Positions 36,049 to 50,700 are shown, counted from the first letter of the stretch. The stretch: DNA of 64,000 nt from Vicugna vicugna (GCA_013265495.1 MU058065.1:1834364-1898363), one strand, 5' to 3'. The notes: generated from the sequence alone by a model not told the origin. Program-made: numbers and translations.

Positions 36049-37459
36049 TAGTTATGCCCGCATTTAGCCATGATTATGCCACAGTTTATGCTTTTTTTTT
36101 TTGCCACAATTTGAATGTTATTTTTGCAGGTAGTTTTACTGGAATACTGTATACTTATTTTAGTGATGCTGCCATTTTTTGGTGCTTTATTTTTAGAACT
36201 TACATTTTGAAAAGCTTACAGATTCAACTTGTGAACCACACTAAAAAATCAGTCTCAAAGGATATAGGTCTGCTCTGATTCAAGAGAATGCTACTTGGCT
36301 CTTGGGAGGTGGGGAGTAGACTCAAAAGAGAAGTTTCAATAATGATTCTCACATGGTCATTGGAGTAAGTGTAACCTTTGCAGAGTTACTTTTTTGAAGG
36401 AGTAAACACTCATTTGGTATGTGCATTCTAATATGTACATTGTGTTCATCTAAAAATACGTTTTGTTTTTCTTATTTCCGTCCTTTTTTCTTCCCTTTCT
36501 CCTCCACCCTCTTTTTTTGTTTCACTCATCAACTAGGCTGTTGTCCCTCCCCAAAGCTTGCATCACCCTTTTGAACCACAAAGTACTTAGTGTTTGACAT
36601 AGTGTAGGTAGTTAGTGAATGATTAAGTGAGAAACTAGTCCTTAAATAAGTCGATGCAGGTAGTACTCCGAGATGTTTGAACTCTTTGCAACTACAAGTG
36701 AAGCCTTAAATTGTAGGTCATTAGTGATCTGAAAGGTGAGTCAGCCTCATCTCCTAAAACAACAACGACTTGAAAGTCAAGGCAGTATGCCGTGGCGGTA
36801 ACCTTGGATTTCCTGTCAGAAGACTTAATCTCATGTCTAGTCTTTTCTGTTTACTAGCTGTACTCTGCATTTCACTCCCTTCACCGTGACTCCTTCCGAC
36901 CAGCCTACAGCCCTCCTCCCACTGCAGACTGACCACCCTGTATCATCAGCCTGTTTGGGGAATTTTCTTTACCTTCTTTTCATCTGAGGTTTGGCTTTGC
37001 CTTGAGGATACAGGCTCATCTTCTTGAATTGAGGTGTCTGTTTCCTTATAATCCTTGCATCATTGGGCCTAGGTGCCATTTACTGCCACATCTATCATCC
37101 TCTTTTATGGCTTGGGCTCTTGTGAACTACTCTTTTGAGTGCTTCTTGTGACCGTCTCGTAATTTCTTAACACATGCTCCCTTAGTCACTGAAGACTTTA
37201 ATACCTTCTGCACAGACGTTCTTGCTAGTTTAGATCTTTATCCATTGCATGTGTGGCAGAGTCATTCATTTATTTGTTTTAAAATATATTTATTCAGTGT
37301 TCCTGCTAGGGGTCTGGCACTAAATACACAACGATGATTAAAGAGATCTGGCCTTTTCTATATTACAGTGATCTTCACTCTGTCTTGGAGCTTGTCATCC
37401 CACCACTTTGGACATCTTTTAACTTCAGTATTACATTCTTTCCTAGCTCTTTATGTATT

Positions 37460-37635
37460 AGGTGTAGGACTTGAGCAGATCACTTACCCTCTGTTTCCTC
37501 TTTTGTAAGAATGAGGAGACAGTAGTACCTACTTCATAAGGTGGTTGTAAGGGTCAAATTAATACATGTAAAGTTCTTAGAATAGTGCCTAGGACATAGT
37601 AAGCATTATAAATAAATGCAAGCTATTACTATTAA
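37460..37635 (+). mobile_element. MIR SINE
   Basis: gacttgagcagatcactta...tttcctcttttgtaagaatgagg...tacctacttcataaggtggttgtaagg...cttagaatagtgcct. Confidence 0.8.
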
Positions 37636-39564
37636 ATTATTCTGTCCTGCTTGTTGCTTGTGTCCTTCTCACATTAATGTGCTCTTAGATTTCAAGAAGA
37701 CCCCTTTCATTCTCCCAAGCTATGGTGCCTGTTACTAGTTGCCACTTTTTTCCTGCTACCTCCCCAGAGCAAGGCCAGAAATATCAGCAAAAACCTCTTG
37801 AGTCATTTCACTCATCTGCCTTCACTGCTCATATTTTTTAGATTGTCATGCACTCCTGGAGACAATTCCGAGACTGTGGTCTCTAACTTAGCTGGACTCT
37901 GAGTGCCTCTGAGCAATTTTTTTGTGTCCCTGGTAAGCTCCCTCTCCACTTTCTTACATGAGCTATTTCTCACTTTAATCAGAAGCTCTTAATTGAGAAT
38001 TCTCTTACCTCTCTTTTTCAAGAAGCTTAGCTACTAATGTTGTCTTGTGTAAGTTCCTTCAGCTTTCTTCCTTTTCAGTTATATTATTCTTTAACCTGTA
38101 TCCTTACTCATTCTTGACTTCTTCCCTCAGGTCTCAGATAAAGAAGATGTTCCTTTTTCTTTCTTCCCTATCATGGCAACTACCATACTATCTCCCTTCA
38201 TAGCCAAAAATCTACAAAAAATAGTATCTCCTTTATTAGAACATGGCTTTTTTCAGAGGAGACAGCAGGGCTTTTTGTATTGATCTTTGTCAGTGCCACA
38301 CAGTAGTATCCAGCAGTGTTGAATGAATGAACTGACAGACTCTAGTTTTTCTCATCTTTAAGATGAGAATTTTAGCAACCTTTCTCACAGATTAATTGGG
38401 AGGATTAAAAGAGATAATGTCAGAAAGTGCTTGCTAACAAACAGTGGCATCCGTCAGAAGAATTTTCTAATCAGAAAGTCAGTAATTTCAACTAAAAGTA
38501 ATGTATTTCATATAGGACAGTTTTCTCAAACTCTTACAGGGTCTCCAGGGACCCAGGAGGTCTAGGAGGAGTGTAGTAGGTATTTTCAAAAATCTCCCTC
38601 TCTAATCGTTTAGAGCAGTTTATACTTTGCTCTTTGTATAGAAGATTTCATTTAAAAAGTTCTCTAACCATTGCTTTAAAACCACTGTCATTAATCCAGG
38701 CTTTTTAAAGTCTAGAAGAGTCCTACTTTCCCAAGTTGATACAGTTAATAGGAAATCGAGAACTGATCCTCTAGTTGCCTTAACCCCTAATCCAGAGCTT
38801 TTACTACGAGAAAGCACTCCTTTATTTTTAAGTCATTTTTAAAGTTGAAAATGTAATTAAGTTTTCTTAACTTCACTTTCATTTATTCAGTAATTGAAAA
38901 AGGAATGGACCTGAATTTGCTCTTTAGATGAGAAAGGTTACTGCTAAGCAAATGAATAGACTTTAAAGGAATATCTTTTAGCTACTTCATGAAAATATAA
39001 GATTCTTTAGAGATGCTTTTCTATAAAAGCAAGCCATCATTGCTAAGAGGAATTCTTTAACATACTGATTGTAAGTCATTCTTATCTAAAGCTCTTAACT
39101 GAGTGACACTTAGCCTCTTGAGTTTGCCCTATCCTCTTGAAAGTAATCATGAAAAATTCTTTTTCACTTTTCTTTTTCAGTTTATTAATAGTATGAGATG
39201 TTGCTTTATAGAATTAGTAACTACAACTTGTTAAAAGTCCACCTTGTGTTAGGCTCTGTTTTAAGCACTTTGAACTATAATTATCTCAGTTCCTCACAAC
39301 AGTCTTCAGATGTTGTTACTTCATAATCTGTCCAGGGGCTCAAGAGAGACATAGTAAAATGTGTATGTTACATATACACCTAGGGAAGGGCAGAGCTGGA
39401 ATTCAGATCCCAGATGTGTCTGACTCAAAAATTCATGTTCTTTCTATTACACCACAATGCCTTAGTTATTTTCTGTGAAGAATTTGCTAGATTCTGGAGT
39501 ATTTACTTCCTTAATAGGAATATATTGGAAAGTTAATTCTGAGCTTGCCATTTAGATGACTCCC

Positions 39565-39701
39565 CAGGGACAGATCCAGGGCCCCTGAGGCTTACACAGT
39601 GCAGTGCTCTCTTTATGAAAAGAATTCAAAATTAGTTTCCCGACCTTGGAAGGAGCTTTTACAAGCTTAAGCTTCATAAGATTCAAGGTATATGCACCTC
39701 T
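39565..39701. mobile_element. hAT element remnant (MER63-like)
   Basis: cagggacagatccagg...cctgaggcttacaca...gcttaagcttcat...aggtatatgcacctct. Confidence 0.5.
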
Positions 39702-42700
39702 CATAAGGAATACAAGTTATAAAAACTTTGAATCAATTGAAGTCTGTATTGTTCAGTAAAATTTGAGTATATAAGTTGCTTAAGGGGTCCTAGTTTGTAT
39801 GGACTTGGTTAAAGCAGTCAAAATCATTACCTGTAAGGAAGATACATTTAGTGACGTATTTCTAAGTTAACACTTTTAAAATTTTTAAGTTAAAGACCAA
39901 TAATACACGTTTTGAAACTTTTTTCAGTTGTTAGAAAGTTATCTTGTTAATTATATGTTTAGAAAAAAGTAATTCCTTAAAGTTAATATGTTTAAAAACG
40001 TTAATATAACCTTTAATTTTTTGTGTCTTTCAGAATATGCTAAGTAGTAGTAGGTTAAATAATGAAGTGAGTTTTGAAGTACAAAGATCAGATACTGTAA
40101 TTCACTTTTCCTCGTGGAATATGCAAATGAGACATGAAAGAAGTGTATTCTGATGAATGTTATCACTAGCCAAATAAACAAGTAATTTGTTTACTCCTAT
40201 TTTCATATTTTAATTTTTAAAAGCTAGAAAGGACTTCAGAGAGGATCTATTCTAATGTTATTTAATAGATGGGGAAGCATAGGACTGGAGAGGGTGATTT
40301 ACCCAACTGCTCATGACTTGAATTTATGGAAGAACCATGACTAGAAGCCTGATTTTTGGTTAAAAGCTCTTTTCTCTAGAACAAACTGAAATAAGCAGAT
40401 AGGCTAAATAATTCAGTGTTAGTACTAGGCTATTCAATTATAAAATGATTTCTTAATACCAAATACCTAGGTGACTTGAGTTGACACAGTGTAACGGAAG
40501 GATACTTAGCTAAGGACATGTGGATTCCTTCATTGCTCTGAAAGATCATGGATAAGCTACTTAGCCTCAGTTTCCTCATTTGTAAAATGAAGAGATTTTA
40601 ATTTGGGATTTTCTTAGGCTCATTACAGCTTTCAAAATTTCAGTCTAGGAGCTGAATTCTTATGTGTTCTCCTGTGGCCTAAAACATTTTGTATGATTTT
40701 GCAAAAGTCACTTATCTTTTCAGCCTTAGAATTCTCTTAAAAATAAGAATGGTGTATTTCAGTGTTGATTGTTAAATCCTAATATGAAGTAGTGGGAAAG
40801 TTAGCTGTGTTCTTACCTCTTTCTGAGTAATCTGTTAGTTTTAGAGAAATTTTGAAATTTGATACCAGGTTTTTGTAAAAATTTCCTATTATAGACCTTT
40901 GCTGTCGTATCACATTTGGTTTAGTTAGGTTCATTCAGAGACAAAACTGGCAATTACACTGTTTCACATTTTTTTTTTCTCTTTCTTTGGATTGTGTGTA
41001 GCTGATACTAGTAATATTTTGGATTTAGTAGTATGTTGGGAAATACGGCACATGTTTTTATTATTTTTAAAGTGTTGATCTTGTAGATATAATAACTAAT
41101 TTACTTAATAGTGAGGGTCTGTAATTGTTCGAAGAGTTCTAGTCAAGTTAAATATTGTATTCTCTGGATAAAAGATATTTCATGGTGCCCAGTAACATCT
41201 CTTTTATCGGCAAAAACAGCACCAAAAGGACAATGACAAACTTCTTGATTTAATGAGAATACTTAAGATTGCATCGTATTTGTTGTGGTCATCATCAGAC
41301 TATGAAATGTTACACATGCATTTTTAATATATGCAAAAGTCACTCGCAGAGATATAGTTGAAAGAATATTGTTAAGTACTTTTAAGTCACTTGTGACTTA
41401 ACTGGACTTTAATAGGCTAATCTGAAAGCTTGGCCTTATGTCTTTGACAGAAGTTTTCTAGATTTTCTAATTGATTTTTGAAAAACCTACTCATGTTGAG
41501 AACTGAAATGCAGATTAAAATAATTGAACCTTCTGTTGATGATGTAGCTTTCTCATAAATGTTGCTGTTGTTATATAGTGATATGAGAGGCCAGTTGAAT
41601 GTAGATCAGACTTAGTTTGATTTCACAGCATTGTCCCAGACTAATAGGCTCTTCTAATTGATAATCTTTTTCTCTTTCCTTGACATCAGTCATTACTTTT
41701 GGCAGCACAATTCCACTCCCATCTTATCCTCACTTTTAATCAAGAGAAACCAGTTAACCAGACATCAGCAGGCTTAACTTTATGTTCAGGTTTAAGTCAT
41801 TACATAAGGTCAAATGTCTCTTCTGTGTAGTAAAGAAAAAAAAATTTATTGAGCAAGTGTTGTGTGTCAGATACTTTCACAAACTTTCATAATTGCCACA
41901 TAATACATCATCTCCCATTTCCCAAGCAGATGAGGAAAGTGAAGTTTGGAAAGTTAAATTAACTTCAAAGTCTGAGTATATTCCACTGAGCTATTTTCCT
42001 CAAAGCTTGAATCTTTGGCTATATTTTTGATGCCTGAAAATGTTTAAAGATTAACAGTTGGATAAATGGGATTATTGCTGATGTCATAAGTCATTGCATA
42101 GCCATTGGTCATCAAATAAGATCATCATCATTATTAGCTATAACTGGACTGCATTCAAATCATCTAAGCATCATGCCATGCATTGTAAAGGATACAATAA
42201 AATAAGGGAAGAGAAACAGTATATTACTCTGAGGTGCTTATAATCGGGAGGAGGGAGCGTCCTTCTGTCGTTTATGGCTTAGTTGTATTTGTCTAGAATA
42301 TTGCCATTCTTCAAATAGTTGTACCAAAGCAACTTTTTTGAGGCTGAAACTCAAAATTAAGATCAAGCATTTTTCCTTGTTTATTTTTTTTCAAGCTGTG
42401 TCATTCTGAATTGCTTGGAATTTCAAATTCTCACCCTTTTCCCCCACCCACCCTGTTCTAAATTTCTTATAGAAAATTATTCACAGGGGACTAAAGACTT
42501 CTTGTCCTTTGTAGTGGATGTGAAGAATACAGTTCTCTTCATTCTTGTTTTAATTGGCTCATGCTGTAGTTCTCTCCAACTCTTAGTAATTACAGAACCT
42601 TCAAGATGTGTAAGTATGTAATAGACTGACATCCTTTTAAATGCAGCATTTTGGAAGTTATGTTTTTATATTTTAAAGTAATGTAGATGAAAAACCAGAG

Positions 42701-43879
42701 ATGTTTGTCAAAGAAAATAAAGATTGTTAGTGTTATTTTTGTTATTGATACTTAATAATGAGGGAATTATAATCCTGGATTAGGAGAAGGTAAGGGGTGA
42801 AGGTCACTTTTAAATAATAAAGTCTTGATTTGGTTTCTGAAAGGTCTCACTAAACCATGGGCATTTAAGAATACTCAATTTTATCTTTCCTTCAAAAAGA
42901 GCTTTTTTTCCTTTTTTTGCTAAATGAATTTACTTTGCTGAACACTTTGTAACTAGAGCTTCTCAGGGAAAGAATACAGTACATAACTAGTAATTAGCAG
43001 ACATTAAATAATTAGCAGACATATGTGTGTGCACATTTTATCATTTTATTAATTTAATGAAGGATTGTTAACCAGATCCCTTCCTGAGTAAGTCTTGCAG
43101 CCTAAGTAAGTAAGTTTCATCGATGGGATTAAAATCCTGCTCAGATAATTTGGAATATTACTTTAAAAGACTGTTATTACTATTACTCTTAAGAATGTAC
43201 ATAATGTTAGGGTCTTTAAATGACTTTCAGTGAAGTATATAGACTGGTGTTTTTACAGTTAACATATTGATGACATTAGAATTTAACGTTTAGTCCTTTT
43301 AACAGTCATTAACAGTTAATGTTGTGTTCTTTGTCCAGGATCGGTGAGAAATTAAAGTTCATCAGTAACATAATTATGTTGCTGCTGTTGTTGGCATGTT
43401 CACTTGATGCCAAGACCAAAGCGTGTATATGTAGGAATTTGCACTTTAATTTCCTTCAGTGTATTGTTTTTTAGGCCTGTTTGATTTAGGGAAAGATTGT
43501 AGCTTATGGATCTTCTGCTGAAGAGCCTATTCTAGCCACCATTTTCCTCCTAGGTAACATTTATTAATAAAATTAACGATTAAGCAGTCTTCTGAGGCAT
43601 TTAGTTAGGTGAATGGGAAAACCTGAAAATACTACTTAATATATGAAATTTGAGAGGCTTTTGCTTATACATCATTGTACTTTATTTCTATTTAAAACAG
43701 ATATTTCATTATCTTAAAATTAAATTAATTGCTATAATAAACTCAAAATATTTTTCCATATCACTGTGCTTAGTAATTCAAATGTTCATGTTTTCAAAGT
43801 TGTGTTGATATAACGTGGGTAAAACAACATTCCCCAGACATTTGTTTACAGCCTTCTAAGTGACATTGAAGAAAAATGC

Positions 43880-44800
43880 ACAATCCCTTAAGTATCTCAT
43901 AGTCTAATTGAAGAAAAAATTTCACAAACAGATAATTGTGGAGCAGAATGGAAGTGTAGTGAGACATATAACCCGGGTGTTATGAAAGAGCTAAGAAGGA
44001 GTCGCTAGCTTTGCTTGAGGAGGTCAGGGAGAGATTTTTGGAGGATATGACACCTGAGGTGTGCTCAGAAGCCATATGAAGAATCAGCTAAAGAAGAGGC
44101 AGAAGAGAGGGTATGAAGAAGACCCACGAGGGTGGTGTATGGAGGAGAGATGTGACAGTGGACAGGAATAACCATTGGTTTAATGTTGCCAGGGAGTAAG
44201 TGTAAGACAGGGAGTAGTGAGTGAAAGCTGAAGTTAGGTAAGTAAGCAGAGACTAGTTCATGAAGTGTTATGTTTCTTTTAAAGCATCCCCCGCCCCACC
44301 GTCCGCCACTGTTGTTAATGAGAGCTGGGTTTTGAACAGGGGCATGCTGCTCGTATGTTTATTTTAATGATGATTTTGAGGAAGATAGATTCCAGGAGGT
44401 TATTAGACTTCATGATGGCTGGAAGGCTGTTGCTGTTGCCTAGATACAAGTTTTAGGACAGCTGTATTCAGGATGGAAGAATGGAAACGTATGTGAGAAA
44501 TACCTTGGGCCTGATGTTGGGTTGTGCTTGATGATTGGGTGAGAGGATATAAGAGAGAGGAGAGAAGAAAAATTAAGGCTTATGCTTCCAGCTTGTGTAA
44601 CTAAGTGGTTTGTGTTGCCACTGCTGAATTAGAGAATGCAGAAAGAAGATTTGGGTAGGTTTGGAGAGTGAGTTTACCAGGGATTTGGGGCAGGCATAAA
44701 TTTGATCTGTGTCTGGAGCACTTGGTTGGACATGTCCAACAGGTAGTTTAGGCTTTGCAGGAACATCTAGGTAACAGTATAGATTTCGGAGCAATTAACA
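43880..44800 (-). mobile_element. LINE-2 remnant
   Basis: Purine-rich antisense L2-like stretch (gaggtcagggagag...ggaggatatgacacctgag; ttggacatgtccaacaggtagtt). Boundaries approximate. Confidence 0.55.
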
Positions 44801-45311
44801 TGTAAGCCAGTAATTTATCTTCTTTGAGATGTGGACCAAAATTCTTGGGAAGTCTGATAAGAGCTAGTGACACACTATCCAGAAGAGAAGTGTGTATATA
44901 TTGTGTTTGCAAAATTTTATATGCAGTTTTAGGAGACCCCAGAATCTGTTGCCAATCTAGAGCCTCATAAATTTTGGAACCCTGAAAGTGTGAGTAGTAG
45001 TTGTAACCATGATAATGAATGGAAATGAATAGGGATCTAGTGTAGAGTGAAAAGAACCAAGGACAGAGCTCTGGGGATTAAAATGATGTAAAGGACACTG
45101 GATGAATAGGAGAGAATAAATAGAGGAATATTGTTTCTGAAAGAAGGCTACATTTTACTGACTTGCATTGAGTATAGTTGTGCTCCTAACGTACTTTTGT
45201 TTTAGCTATCTGTTTATTTGCTAAACTTGCAAACTGTTTCTTTCTGACATTTTTTGCCTATAGAGAGTTTAGTAGATTCTATCATTGTTGGTTGATATGT
45301 GAGGGATTACA

Positions 45312-45455
45312 CAGTAGTCCTTCGGTATCCGTGGGGGATTGGTTCCAGGACTCTCATAGATACCAAAGTGTGAGGATGCTCAAGGCCCTTACATAAAATT
45401 ATATAGTACAGTTGGCTCTGTACCTGTGGGTTCTGTGGGAGAAGAGAGCTGACTG
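45312..45455 (+). mobile_element. Short MER2/MER2B-like Tigger MITE
   Basis: cagtagtccttcggtatccgtgggggattggttccaggac...gaggatgctcaaggcccttacataaaat...agctgactg followed by TA. Confidence 0.85.
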
Positions 45456-46777
45456 TACTGTGCCCTAGGCTGGGCTAAATTTTATTGACACTCACATTTA
45501 ATTTTCATGATACTCTCTTGAGATAGCTACTGTTATTAATACACTTTATAAATGAGGAAATAAAAGTTTAGAGGAGTTAAGTAATTTTCCCAAGGTCACA
45601 TGGCTTGTGAATTTAGCAAATCCACGATGCAAATCCAGGCCTGTCAGACAGCAAAATCTATTTTCTTGACTAACATACCATACTATGTTTACTAAGATAA
45701 TCAGTGATCACGCTGTAATGCCACTTTACCCTATAAGCGCCGTGGAATAGGAGGTGAGTCCAGTGGTTTGGACTAGATTTGAGAATATGAGTTCTGATTC
45801 CAGCTGTGTGATTTGGGGTAAGTCATTTAATGTCTCTGGGTTTATTTTCTCCTCCTTTGTTTGACAACATTTGCACCTGAGCAGTCACCAGAATAAACAT
45901 TGTCGTCCCGTGTGTTCATCTCTATCTACAGAGAACAAATACTGAGGAAAGTACTACGTATAATCTGAGATTTTAAAGTAACTTCTGATTTATGTTTGTG
46001 AGAAATGATTCTTTTATTATAATGTAAGAGTATTTGTACAGTATTTGAAGCCTCTTAGTTTATATTTTTAAAACTTTAGTTTCTCATAGAAAACGAGTAA
46101 AAACCTTTTTGTGTGTTTTCTAGCTTTCATGGGATCTTATGTCATAGAGCCTGAAAAGGTCATTTGAAGTTTTGTTCAACTGCTAGCAGTATAGTTATCT
46201 CTGGGGTTTTTAGTCCACATTAACTTTGCTCTTTCTTTGAATTTGTTTTGAATATTCTGTTTCATATGTTTGTTATTTAACATCAGGGGTGGTGTCTCTG
46301 CCTAATAGCCCTGTACATATCCTGTCAGCACATTAAAACCACATTGTGCATGTGTGGAGTATTTGAGGCCATCCTTATCACGTTGGCTTGTGGCTTTAAT
46401 CTGTGAAAAATTGTAAATAGCCACATTTTATTTATAGTTTATATAGATGGTGTCCTGTTTATCAGGATATTGATGAAAATAGGTGGTAGTTTAAATGTTA
46501 GAGTTAATTTTCTTAAGGCCATTTCGAAGAAGTCTCTCATAGACCTGGATTTGAATAAGATTTGAGTAATAGGAAAGAAGTTGTTCTCTAAAGAGTTCCT
46601 TTTTCAGCTCTCCAGAAAAGATGAGAATAATGACTCAGTTTGAGTCATCTACTTAAGAATCCTCTTGACTGGGAGTTGAGCTGGTTTTTTATTGCTTGAG
46701 CGACTACAAGAACTATTTTGCTTACATACGCCTTCCTCTTGACATTCATATTCATTGGCTAGGACTTGGAGGGGATT

Positions 46778-46949
46778 CCTTTTTTTTTTTCTTAATACCA
46801 CTTGATTGAGGTGTGATTGACATACCAAAAGCTGTACATATTTAATGTAGGCAATTCCATGAGTTTGGAGGTAAGTATTCACTTGTGAAACCATCACCAT
46901 AATCTATGTAGTAAACATATCCATCACCTCCAAAAGTTTCTTCCAGCCT
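46778..46949 (-). mobile_element. 5'-truncated L1 (L1MA-like) 3' end with TSD
   Basis: Poly-T then ttgattgaggtgtgattgacatacc...gtgaaaccatcaccataatc...atccatcacctccaaaagtttc. TSD ttggaggggatt (46766-46777) / ttggagaggata (46950-46961). Confidence 0.8.
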
Positions 46950-47794
46950 TTGGAGAGGATATTACAAGCTTAGTAATTTTTATCCATTTCAGGTCAAAAG
47001 TATGTGTGAATCTGATGAGTACTTGGTAGAGTGTTTTCCCAGGTTGTAAACACAGAACTTACAGGTTTTATGTGGCATAAAAAGGGCTACTTAGTCGGAG
47101 ATTAGTGAAAAAATCAGTCAACAAGTATAAGTGCTTGTTATATACCAGGTATTATTTTATTGGCTGAGGGATTCATCAGTGAAGAAAACCCCTGCCTTTG
47201 TGTAGCTGACATTTGACTGGGAGGAGGGAGGCCAGGACAAGAAATAAAGAATATGAGGTTGGAATATGAGAGTCACTACTAGGAGGAGGCTGCTATTTTA
47301 AGTAGAGTGGGCAGTTAAAGCTTCATTTTAAAGTGACAATTGAGCAGAGTTTTGAGGTTGATAAGTGAGACCGTGGAATCCAAACGGAGAAATGAGGAAA
47401 ATAAGAGAATGCTAGGTGAAACAGAATGTGTGGTTTTATTGTTGTTTTGTTTTGTTTTAATTGCAGATCTTCTCTTGATCTTTAATTTGCTAAGGAGCTC
47501 TGCAGACCTTCAGGAGAGGAAAATAGTGTTCATGTGCCCCATGTTTTTTTCATCATGGAACCCTTTCTGCCTCAGTATCTCTCTGAGCTTATATTCTACT
47601 AAATAAATGTAGGGAAAAGATGTCTTACACTTTTGGCTAAAGCAAGTATAAACATCAGGGCTTATGATTTTATTTAAAGTGGAGGGTTGTGCTGCAAATA
47701 AGAAAGAAGGGAGATCTTAAAAGGATTTTTTAAAAATTGCTTATATCAGCTCTAAAAACTTTAAAAATGTATCCCTTTATTTCTGTTAAAATAG

Positions 47795-48205
<411 letters not shown>

Positions 48206-48754
48206 TAGAAATAATAATCAATTAATAGCTGTATTATAAAACTTCACTAAAAACTTAAAGTCAGCTAAACCAGAATTTTTGATAATTGAGGGGAGGTGAA
48301 GTTTGTGATCTATGACAAATACAACCTTGGAAGCTTTTAATTTATAAATGCTTGTTTATTAATATGTTAATTACAGATTATTCTTTTTTCTTAAAATGCT
48401 TAATCAGCCCATTTTAGCTTTTTCTACTTCCTCTGTATATTTAAAAATAAAATAAGACTACATTGTTTGAAAAATAATGTCTAAGACTTTTCACCAAGGG
48501 AAATTGACTGTTCATTTTAACTGAGTTTTATTACAGTGAATGTGAATTTTTTTAAGACAAATTAGTGTTGGACTGTTAACATTATAAAATGGTTCTTTTG
48601 TTCCAAAAAGATGTATTTTTTTTTTAGAACAAATGTCTTTATAGAGCAAACTCTTCCACTGCAAGTATGTCTTGCCTTAAGATTGTCAGATAAAATGTGA
48701 AATACCACAGATAAATAAAAACTTTTCAGAGTTTTTGTGTGGTATTAGGGCCTT

Positions 48755-49600
48755 TGTTTTTTAAATTTTATTTTGAAAAAAATGGAAAAGTTGCATCAGT
48801 AGTGCAATGATTTCTTATATTGTAGATTTATCAGTTAACATTTTGCCACATTTTAGTCAGTCTTTCTGTTGGTAAATGTTATTACTAATCTTGGTATTAT
48901 TATTGCAGAACAATTAGAAAGTAAGTTTTAGATTCATTTACCCTCAGATACATTGGAATGTTTCTCCTGAGAACAAGGAAATTCTCTTACTTAACCAAAG
49001 AACAATGTTCAAAATCAGGCAGTTTAACATTAATATAAAACTGTGATCTAATACGATCCACATTCAAATTCACCAGTTGTCCTTTGTGGCAGTGATGTCC
49101 ATTATAGCAGTTAGCAGTTTTGTTTTCTGATCCAGGATCCAATCCAGGATCACCCACTCAATTCCTCAGCCTTTCTTTGTCTTTCAGCACATTGACATTT
49201 TTGAAGAGTATAGGTCAGTTGTTTTGTAGATTGTCCCTCAGTTTTTGGTTTGTCTGATTGTTTCCTCATGACTAGTTTCAGGTTATGCATTTTTGGCAGG
49301 AATAATACATAAGTGATGTTGTGTCCTCAGTGCATCACATCAGGAGGCACATGATGTCAGTTTATCCCATTATTGGTGATGTTAACTTTGATCACTTGGT
49401 GTCCGCCAGATTTCTCCACTGTGAAGGTACCTTTTTTCCCTTTGTAATTCATAAGTAATTTGTTCAGATATATTTTGAGACTGTATAAATATCCTGTTCC
49501 CCAAGAAACTTTCATGATGATTTTAGCATCCATTGATGATTCTTGCATGAATCATTATTACTGTGATGGTTACAAAATAGTCACTTTCTATTTCTACTCT
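48755..49600 (-). mobile_element. Ancient L1 (L1MC4/5-like) 3' region
   Basis: ttcctgagaacaaggaaattctcttac; ttgacatttttgaagagtataggtcagtt; catcacatcaggaggcacatgatgtc; gttaactttgatcacttggt. Confidence 0.8.
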
Positions 49601-49674
49601 TCCTTCTAGAATTCTTTTCGCTTAAATGGGGTTACATAAGCAGGTAGCTAGTATCCCGTGAAGCAAGATGATTG

Positions 49675-50700
49675 TGTTCTTCATGCATTCAACAGTTTTT
49701 TGTTAAATACCTACTATGTCCAACTTTCTAGAAAAATATAGTAGATGTGAAGAGATTCGATACTGTCCCTTCCTGGGTTTGTTTTTGTTTTTATTCTGAT
49801 GTGAGAGATGATTCATACATTTAGGTAACAATGTGAGACATTATATAATTAAATGGCAAATGAGTTGTATAGACAATAAATGGCTTAGGAATTCAAATGA
49901 GGGAGAGATTACCCTGGGCTGTAAGATTTCATGGGAAAGGATGAAATTGAGCTGAGCCATGAAAAATTTGAGCTGTAAGTGAACAGTGTGGAAGGAGTCC
50001 CAGGATGGCAGATGTCACATGATTAAACAGAAATAAACTTAGATGGTAGGTAGAGTTTGACTTAGGTGTTTAGTAATTTATGGGGATTAGTGGAGTATAG
50101 TGTTGCAAAGTTTGGGAACAGATTGAAGAACAACTTAAATGCCAAGCTAAGGAATTTGGACTTAACAGTGGAGATTTTATTGGAGGTTGTTAAGTGGATG
50201 ATAATGTGACAATATTTTAAGATGATTAAGATGAGAATGATATAAATGTAGACTTGGGGGGGTGTGCTACGCTAGATGCAGAAGAGCTGGAAAAGTCTGC
50301 AAAAGGCTAGAAATGAGTGGTAGTGTCAGAAATTCTGAAGTAAGACTAGGCAGAATTTGGCTACTGGGAGAATTAAGGTGTCGCAAATAGAATTATTGTG
50401 AACTTATAGTGGAAAACTGATTTGGGATGAGTAGAGGAGATGACAAATTTTGTTTTAGATTATATTGGAAATTTTTTATAGTTAGAAGGCACCTTAGGAA
50501 TCATTTTACGTGTGAAGAAATTTGAGTGTGAGATGGTAATAAGCTGTCCAAATAGAAATATGATGTGTTTGGAGATATACAGGTTTAGAGCTTGGGCAGG
50601 AACTGAAAATTAGAGATCAAGATTTGACATTTGGTAGCACGTACTGAGAAATACATGTTGAAGTTCAGAGAATGAAAATCCCAGAGCCAAGGGATGACTC
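49675..50700 (-). mobile_element. LINE-2 remnant
   Basis: Starts with the antisense L2 tail (cattcaaca...ttgttaaatacctactatgt), then aatgccaagctaaggaatttggactt. Boundaries approximate. Confidence 0.6.

Noticed and set aside
42991..43022. 14-bp direct duplication taattagcagacat
   Set aside because: Ordinary slippage-type micro-duplication with no further structure.
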